From NCBI RefSeq assembly GCF_009914755.1, contig NC_060930.1: a stretch of 64,000 nt of DNA. One strand, written 5' to 3'. Made by a program: the position numbers and the translations under genes. Origin of the DNA: the human T2T-CHM13v2.0 reference genome, Homo sapiens. Within the stretch, counting starts at the first letter, position 1; each line of letters starts with the position of its first letter. Of this stretch, positions 52,501 to 64,000 are shown piece by piece. The notes below the pieces were generated by a model. That model made no database searches and had not been told where the DNA came from. It worked only from the letters and a program-made list of their open reading frames with translations.

Positions 52501-53231
52501 GTATTTGAACAACACTGTAAAGATTTCTCCTTGCTCATTTATTAAGCAAGGAGTTCCCTCACTTTCTTCTGTAGTTCTCTGAACCCTTTAATATTGGGGA
52601 AAGGATGATGTTGTTTAAATACTATACAGTATTATTAGTCACATTGTACTATGGTCTACTGAAGAAATTAAATATCACATAATTCCATTTTTAATTTTTT
52701 AGAATAAGACAACAGATGTCGGAGTAATATCTGTATTTTATTGAACTTTATGATAATATGGCAATCAAGCTATTTTTAAAAAGGCTCTGCTCTGCCACTA
52801 CAGATAGCTAAAAGTTCAGGATAATATGTAATAAAATTTTAAAAATATATAAACTGGTTTCAAGTGAAAGGAAAATTCTAAGTTGGCAAATACAAAAAAA
52901 GAGAACTCAAACCAGATCAGGCTGTGGGGGCAGCTGAGACCATGTAAACCACGGGAGCTATGGATACAGATATCGAATTTAAGGGCTGGGAGATAGGCTA
53001 TTAATGCCCAGCTGGGAGGAGGAAAAAGTCTTAAAACTGCAAGCTTTGAAGTCTGAGTGGAAAGAAGTCTTCAAATTCTTGCTTAAAATTCTACAGTCCC
53101 TTGCCATAGCAATCAGAATTAAGTCCACATTAGCATGGCTTACAAAGCCCTTAATCTGAGAATTTCCTGTGAAATTTCCAGCCTCAGCTATTTCCATGTG
53201 GTGCCTGAAACATATATACAGTCTTAATCAA

Positions 53232-53285
53232 CTATACACATGGTCACAAGTAGGCTATACACATGGTCACAAATAGGCTATACAC
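53232..53285. repeat. Tandem repeat, 23-bp unit x2.3
   Basis: 'ctatacacatggtcacaa(g/a)tagg' twice, then 'ctatacac'. Confidence 0.95.
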
Positions 53286-53307
53286 TCTTTCTTTTCCATT
53301 TGAAAGT

Positions 53308-56295
<2,988 letters not shown>

Positions 56296-59200
56296 AATAC
56301 CACATTTTCTTAATTCATCCATTGCTGGACACTTCGGTTGCTTTCACCTCTTAGCTATAATAATAATGCTGCAATGAACATGGCAGTGCAAATATCTTTT
56401 TGAGATCTTGTTTCCAATTCTTTCAGATAAATACGAAGAAGTTGGATTGCTAGATCCCATAGTAATTCTATTTTTTAATTTTTTGAGGAAACTTCACACT
56501 GTTTCCCACAGCAACTGCACCATTTTACGTTCCCACTGTCGATGACAAGGGTTCCAATTTTCTCACCAATACTTGTTGCTTGTTATTTTTCAGGTTTGGG
56601 TTTTTGGTGTTTTTTTATTATTATTATTTATTTGTTTGTTTGTTTCTAACATAATTGCTATGCTAACAAATGTGAGGTGATGTCTCATTGTTATTTTGAT
56701 TTGTACTTCCCTGATGATTAAGAGAATATCTTTTGTTCAGCATCTTTACATATACTTGTTGGCCATTTGTATGTCTTCCTTGGAGAAATGTCTATTCAAG
56801 TCTTTTGCTCATTAAAAAAAATGGTTTATTTGTTGTTGTTGATATTATTGACTCGTAGGAGTTCTTAATAGTTTTAGATATTAACCCCTTTACAGATATC
56901 TGGTTATTCCAAGATTTTCTCCCATTTCATTAGTTGCCATTCCAATCTATTGATTGTTTCCTTTGCTGTGCAGAAACTTTTTACTTTGATGTTGTCTCAT
57001 TTGTCTATTTTTGCTTCTGTGGTTTGTGCTTTTGGTGTCATATATAGGAAATCATTGCCAAGACCAATATTATAAAGCTTTTCTCTTATGTTCTTTCCTA
57101 GAAAATTTTATAGTTTTCAGGTATTATGTCTAAGTCTTTCATCCATTTTAAGTTGATTTTTGTGTATGGTGTAAAACAAGGGTCCAATTTCATTCTTTTG
57201 AATGTGGCCATCTACTTTTTTTTTTGGCACCATTTTTTTGCACCTTTTGTGTTTTTTTTTTTTTGTTTTTTTTTTTGCACCTTTCCCCATTTTGTGATCT
57301 GGGCACGCTTGTCAATGATCATTTGTATATGTTTGGGTTAATTTTTAAGCGACCTATTCAATTCTATTGGTCTATATGTTTGTCTTTATGTCAATACCAT
57401 ATTATTTTAATTACTATAGCTTTGTAGTGTGTTTTGAAGAAAGGAAGTATGAGGCCTCCAGCTTCGATATTCCTTCTTAAAATTGTTTTGGCTATTCTGT
57501 GTCCTAAGTGGTTCCATATGAATTTTAGGATATATTTTTTTTAATTTCTGCAAGAAATACTTTTAGGATTTTGATAGGGATTACATTAACTCTGTATCTT
57601 GCTTTGGGTAGTATGAAAATTTTAACAATATTAAGTCTTCCAATCCATGAACACAGATGTCTTTCCACTTATTTGTGTCTTCTTTAATTTCTTTATTCAA
57701 TGTTTTGTAGTTTTCAACATACAAGTCTTTCACTTTCTTGGTTAAATTTATTCCTAAGAATTTTATTTTTGGGATTATTGGAAGTAGGATTATTGAAAGT
57801 GGTATTATTTTGTTAATTTCCTTTTCAGATTGTTTTTTGTTATTGCATAGAAGTGGTGAGAGTGGGCATCCTTGCCTTGTTCCTGATCTTAGAAAAGATG
57901 GTAGTTTTTCACTACTGAGTATAATGTTAGCTGTGGATTTTTCACATATGGCCTTTATCTGTTGAGGTAAAATCCTTCTAGTCTTAGTTTGCTGAGTGAT
58001 TTTATCATGAAAATGTGTTGAATTTTGTCAAATGCTTTTTCTGCGTTGATTGAGATGACTGTGTAATTTTTATCCTTGTTCTGTTACTGTGGTATATCAT
58101 ATTGATTAATTTTCATATTCTGAGCCATCCTAGTGTTTTAGGGATAATAGCCACTTGGTCATGGTGTATGATCTTTTTAATGTGCTGTTGAGTTTGGTCT
58201 ATAAGACTTTTGTTGAAGATTTTTGCATCTATATTCATCAGGAATATTGGCCTACAATTCAATTTCTTGTAGTGTTTGGCTTTGTTATTAGGATAATGCT
58301 GGTCTCATAAATGAATTTGGAAGTGTTCCACCTCTTTAAAGTTCTGGAAGAGATTGAGAATAATTTGCATTAATTTTTCTTTAAATGTTTGGTAGAATTC
58401 TTCAATGAAGCCATCTAGTCCTGGGTTTTTCTTTGTCAAGAGGTTTTTGATTATGTTGTTAGTCCCCTTACTAGTTATAGATTTGTTTAGATTTTCTGTT
58501 TCTTCATGACTCAGTCTTCATAGGTTGTATATTTTTGAGAGTTTATCCATTTCTTCTAGTTTATCCAAATTGTTGGCATATAATGGTTATAGTAGTCTCT
58601 TATAACAATTTTTATTTCTGTGGCATCAGTTATAATGTCTCCTCTTTCAGTTTTTTATTTTATTTATTTGAGTCTTCTCCCTTTTATTCTTAGTCCAGCT
58701 AAGGGTTTGTCAATTTTGTTGATCTTTTTTATTTTTTATTCCTATTCTTTATTTCATTTATCTCTGCTCTGATCTTTATCATTCGTTTCCTTCTGCTAAC
58801 TTTTGGCTTAGTTTTATTTTTTCTATCTTCTTGAGGTGTAAAATTAGGTTGTTTACTTAAGATCCATCTTCTTATTAAATCTAGACATTTACCACTACAA
58901 ATTTATCTCTTAATACTACTTTTGCTGCTACCCATAAGTTGTAGTGTTTTGTATTTTCATTTTTCTTTGTCTGAAGATATTTTTGAATTTCCCTTTTAAT
59001 TTCTTCTTTGACCCATTTGTTTTTGTAAGTATGTTTTTTATTTTTATTTGCCATATATTTCTGAATTTTCCAAAATTTCTCCTGTTATTGATTTCAGTTT
59101 GATTCCATTGTGGTTGGAAAAGTCTTCTTATATCCATTAGGAACTTTTGTGTTACTTAACACATGTTCTATCCCAGAGAAAATCATCTGTGTGCTTGAGC

Positions 59201-62200
59201 AGAATGTGTATTCTGCTCTTGTTGAGAGTATGTTCTGTTTATGTTTTTCAGGTCTATTTGGTATACAGTGTTGGTCAAGTCCTCTGTTTCCTTGTTGATT
59301 TTTTGTCTAGTTGTTCTATTTATTATTGAAAGTGAGTGTTGAAATCTTCTGATATTATTGCGTCACTGTCTGTTCCTTCATTCTGTTCTGTCAATAGTTT
59401 ATGTACTTAGATGTTCTGATGTTGGGTGCATATATTTATAGTTGTTTTATTTTCCTGATTAGTTGACCTTTTTAATTATTTTACAATGTTTTTCTTTGGT
59501 TCTTGTGATAGTTTTTGACTTAAAGTCGACTTTGTCTGATACAAATGTAAATATCCCTGGCTTTCTTTTATTATTATTTGCCTGGACTGTGTTTCTCCAT
59601 CCTTTCACTTTCAGCCTATAAGCTTTAGGTCTAAAGTGTGTCCCTTGAAGATAGCATATAGTTGGATCCTGTTTTGTATCCATTTAGATACTCTTTCTAG
59701 TTTTTGTTTAACTTTTATTGTAGGTTCAGGGGTACATGTGCAGGTTCATTACGTAGGTAAATTGCATGTCATGGGAGTTTGGTGTACAGATTATTTCAAC
59801 ACCCCAAATAATAGGCATTGTATCTGATACATAGTTTTTAAATCCTCAGTCACCTGCCCCCCTGCACCTTCAGGTAGATTCTGGTGTCTGTTGTTCCCTT
59901 CTTTGTATCCATATGTACTCAATGTTTAGTTCTCAGTTATATCTGAATACATGCATATTTGGTTTTCTGTTCTCGTGTTAGTTTGCTTAGGATAATGGTC
60001 TCCAGCTTTATCTATATTGCCACAAAGGGCATGCTCTTGTCCTTTTTTATGGCTGTGTAGTATTCCATGGTGTATATGTACCACATTCTTTATCCAGTCT
60101 ACCATTGATGGGCATTTAGGTTGATTCTGTGTCTTTTCTATTATGAATAGGGCTGCAATAAATATACACATGCATATGTCTTTGTGGTAGAATAATTTAT
60201 ATTCCTTTGTGTATATACCCAATAATGGCATTGCTGGGTTGAATGGTAATTTTGCTTTGAGTTCTTTGAGAAATTGTGAAACTGATTTCCAAAATGGCTG
60301 AATTAATTTACATTTCTACCAGCAGTTTATGAGTGTTCCATTTTCTCTGCAAACTTGCCAGCATGTATTATTTTTGGACTTCTTGATAATAGCCATTCTA
60401 ACTGGTATGAAATGGTATCTCATTATAGACACTCTGTTTCTCTTGATTTGAGAGTTCAATCTCTTTACATTTAAAGTAACTACTGATAGGGGAGTTATTA
60501 CCATTATTATCGTGCGAATTGTCTTCTCATAATTTTTTGCACATCTTTTCCTCTCTGTCTTCTTTTGTGTTTCATTGATTTTTTTTTTTTTGGTAATGAC
60601 ATGCTTTGATTTCTTTCTCATTTTTTTTTGTATATCTTCTATAGGTGTTTTATTTCTGTTTACCATAGGGCTTACATAAAACATCTAATATATATAACAG
60701 TATATTTTGAACTAATGATGACTTAACTTCAACTATGTAGAAAAAACTCTACGCTTTTGTTGTCCCACACAGAATTTATGTTGATGCCACAAATTACATC
60801 TTTTTATTTTGTGTATTCATTAACACATTTTATAGTTATTTTAATACTTTTGTCTTTTAACATCCATCCCAGAATTGGCATTGATTTATGTACTGCCATT
60901 ATAGTATTACAATATTCTGTACTTATCTATATGGTTACCTTTACCAGCAAGTCTTCTACTTTTATATGCTGTCATGTTGCTGTTCAGTGTCCTTTCACTT
61001 TAACTTGAAAGATTCCCTTCAGCATTTCTTATAAGTCAAATCTAGTGGTGATAAAACTCTTTAGCTTTCCTTTGTCTGGAAAAGTCTTTATTTCACCTTC
61101 ATTTTTGAAGGATAGTTTTGCTAGATATTGTGTTTTTGGCTGGCAAGTTTTTTTTTTTCTTTTAGATTTTTCAATATATTAACCCGCTTCCTTCTGCAAA
61201 TTTTCTGCTAAGACATCAGCTGATAGTCTTCTCTCTCTGTGTAGACTCTCTTGTATGTGACAATTCACTTTTCTCTTGATGCCTTCAAAATTCTTTTTTG
61301 GATTTTGACTATTTGATTATAATGTGTCTCAGTGTTTTCTTCCTTGGGTTTATCTTATCTGGAATTCATTTGGCTTCTTGAATCTGGATGTTCATTTCCT
61401 TCAAAATAGTGGAAAGATTTTGGTCATTAGTTCTTTAAATAAGCTTTTTTCCCCTTTCTTTCTTTTTCTTCCTCTTCTATTTCTGGGACTGTCATAATGT
61501 GTATTTTGGTCCACGTGGTGGACCAAAAAAACTCATTAGGCTTCTTCTTTCTAATGAATTCATTAGGCTTCTTCTCTCTTCATCCTTTTTTTTTTAAATT
61601 CCTCTCTAACTGAATACTTTCAAATGACCTGTATTTGAGTTCATTGATTCTTTCTTCTGTTTGATCTAGATGATATTGAACCCATTTAGTGAACTGTAAA
61701 ATTCAATTATATTCTTCAGCTACAAAATTTCTATTTGGTTCTTTTGCATATTTTCTATCTCTTTATTAATATTTGCATTTTATTCTTACATTTTCCTTGA
61801 TTTCAATGAGCAGTTTTATGATGCTTATTTTAAATTCCTTGTCAGATAATTCACATACCTCTGTTTCTTTAGTGTTGGTTTCTGGAGATTTATTTCGTTC
61901 CTTTGGTTTGACCAACTTTAACTATTTCTTTCTGTGCCTTGTTACTTTGTGTTGGGATCCATGCATTTGAAAAAACAGTTACCTCTCCCAGTCTTTATAA
62001 ACTAGCTTTATACTGAGAAAGACATTCACTAATTAGCCCAACTGGAGATTCTGTGGGCTTCTCAAACCTTTTCTGTGAATATATCTTCTCTAAACTTGTG
62101 CATATACATTTCCCATTAGAGAGGTTTTGTCAGGTTCTCTTGCTCTGACAAGTGAGTGTCACAAATTTCCGTACCGGTTTCAATGCAGTTGATTTCACCC

Positions 62201-62345
62201 TCACTTGGGATGCATGAACCTCTTAACTGCTCTCTGGATTTCTAACAAAGATAATTTGTCTGTGTATTGTTATTGAATCAGTGTCTCCACTGGGGAAGGA
62301 GGTAATGGAGCTTTCTATTTTGGCATCTTGCTGATGTCCTCCCTC
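56296..62345 (-). mobile_element. Old L1 (L1MA9/L1MB-age) extending to its 5' end; distal 3' end absent
   Basis: Endonuclease relic 'KQDPTICYLQGTHFRPKAYRLKVKGW' (59459-59683); ORF2 start 'LSVVTLNVKRLNSQIKR'; 5' terminus 'ggcatcttgctgatgtcctccc'. Confidence 0.88.
59700..60424 (-). mobile_element. 5'-truncated older L1PA (PA13-16-like) nested in the old L1 endonuclease region
   Basis: 'aacttttattgtaggttcaggggtacatgtgcagg...ggtaaattgcatgtcatggg'; approximate TSD tagatactct (59685) / tagacactct (60426). Confidence 0.88.
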
Positions 62346-63704
62346 AAAGCATAATTAATTGTATAAATAAGAACAAATTTCTCTAAAGTATCAAATAGTT
62401 ATTAGAACACACAGGTTACAAAAGGGTATTTTTGATAGAGCAAAGTTCCATCCTTCCTTTTCTACCTCTCTTTTCCAACTTACACTGTAGTTGAACTTGG
62501 GGTTTGGATTGCAAAGCAAATTTCTAAGGAAAAGGGACCTTACAAGGAAATTTTAGAATAAGTCTTACTGATATTTTTAGAGCATCCAAAATAAGTCTCT
62601 TGGGAAGTAAGTTTCTAAAATTTCATCACTCAGTCTTTTCTTCATCACTCAGTCTTGAAGTTGGAAAATCATATTTTTTAGTAGCCTTATACAAAAGTGT
62701 CAGAACTTTATGTAATAAGTAGTTCAAATCACCTCAATTTTCCTACTGTTTTCAAATATCTTTGTCATGAAGTGATGAGTCTCAACTGCAAAATTTTTAT
62801 TAGCTGTCAACTTTCCATTGACCAATGATTCATTTTCTCATGTAATAAATCACTTCCACTCCACTACACAGTAGGAAGCTTCGTGGTGTGTTTCCAGCAT
62901 AATTAAAAATAGTTTGTTATTCTCAGCTTCTCCTTGACTATTTGAATAAAGATATTAGAGAACCATCAAAGTCTGCATACTCAACACAGGATTGTCACAC
63001 AGTTGGTCAGAGTGCCAAAAACCAAAGAGAAGGAAACCACAGTTGAAGAAAAAGCATTCTTCTGGCCAAAAGGAAAGATGAGTACAACTGCCTCATACAT
63101 TCTATTTCTCAAAAACTGGGTTCATATATGTAAAAATTCACACACACATCTATATACCCAAATATACCTACACACACATAGGTATCTATGGACAGCTGAT
63201 ACATATATATGTATACATGTATATATGTATAGGCATATGAATGTATATGAATAGCTTAATATTTATATTCTATACTGTTTGTACATATGCATATACACCA
63301 ATATTAAGCTATTCATAAATATGCTGTAAGCTTCTTTTTTAATTATTTTTCCTCTAGAATAGAATACATTACTATATTAGATTTTCATTGTTTTGGAGCT
63401 CTCATTTGCCACTTACATTTTCTAAAATAAGTTATATTATTTTATTACCAGGTACAGTGAGAGGGGCAGATAAAACAGAGTATAAATAAAATCTTAAGTC
63501 AAGAAAAGGTTGACAATAATTAATTTGAAAATATTATTTCCCAAATAGCTTTCTTTAGATTAAAAAAAAATCTAGTCTAGCAAGCCACATGTTATTGGTA
63601 GATATTTTGGTCTCTAGCTATAATGCTACTGATAAATTTTATCCTAATATTAATTTTAGAAACAATATAAGCAAATAAATTATTTTCTTTTTCTTCAAAT
63701 TTTC

Positions 63705-64000
63705 ATTTCTTTACTTCAATATGTTTTTGGGGAGCAGGTGGTAATTGGTTATATGAATAAGTTCTTTAGTGGTGATTTCTGAGATTTTGGTGAACCCATC
63801 ACCTGAGCAGTGTACATTGTACTCAATGTGTAGTCTTTTATCCATTGCCACCCCTCACTTTTTTTCCCGAGTCCCCACAGTCCAATGTATCATTCTTATG
63901 CCTTTATAGTTTATGCCTCCTCATAGTTCAGCTCCCACATCTGAGTAAGAACATACAATGTTCTCCATTCACGTTCTTCATACGATGTTGGTTTTCTATT
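63705..64000 (-). mobile_element. L1PB-type LINE-1 3' end, running off the window
   Basis: 'tttttggggagcaggtgg...gaataagttctttagtggtgatttctgagattttggtg...catcacctgagcagtgtac'. Confidence 0.88.

Overview
This is AT-rich, CpG-depleted primate (human-like) non-coding DNA, dominated by interspersed repeats. I find no credible host protein-coding exon, RNA gene or CRISPR array. Every ORF with recognisable similarity is a transposon relic (L1 ORF1/ORF2, Tigger1 transposase, ERV-L gag, Alu-derived ORFs). Main content: at least 8 Alu pieces (J, S and Y age), several large minus-strand L1s with nested younger L1/Alu insertions, a Tigger1 with both ends intact, a young HERV-K-type (LTR14-like) solo LTR, two LTR33/ERV-L relics, MLT1 and MER76-like LTRs, MIR/L2/L3/MER5 fossils and microsatellites. 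The sequence does not support a new protein-coding system. The most interesting signals are: (i) repeated fold-back and templated-insertion scars inside L1 sequence that look like fossil polymerase-theta end-joining events; (ii) an inverted Alu pair with only a ~25-nt spacer; (iii) an apparent 8-bp target-site duplication (TSD) on the HERV-K-type LTR; (iv) two repeat-free, motif-dense candidate enhancers (~15.3-16.2 kb and ~51.1-51.4 kb); (v) a minus-strand L1 bias suggesting an intron of a plus-strand transcript. Repeat subfamily names come from recalled consensus sequences, not a database search, and old-repeat boundaries are approximate. I could not identify the locus.
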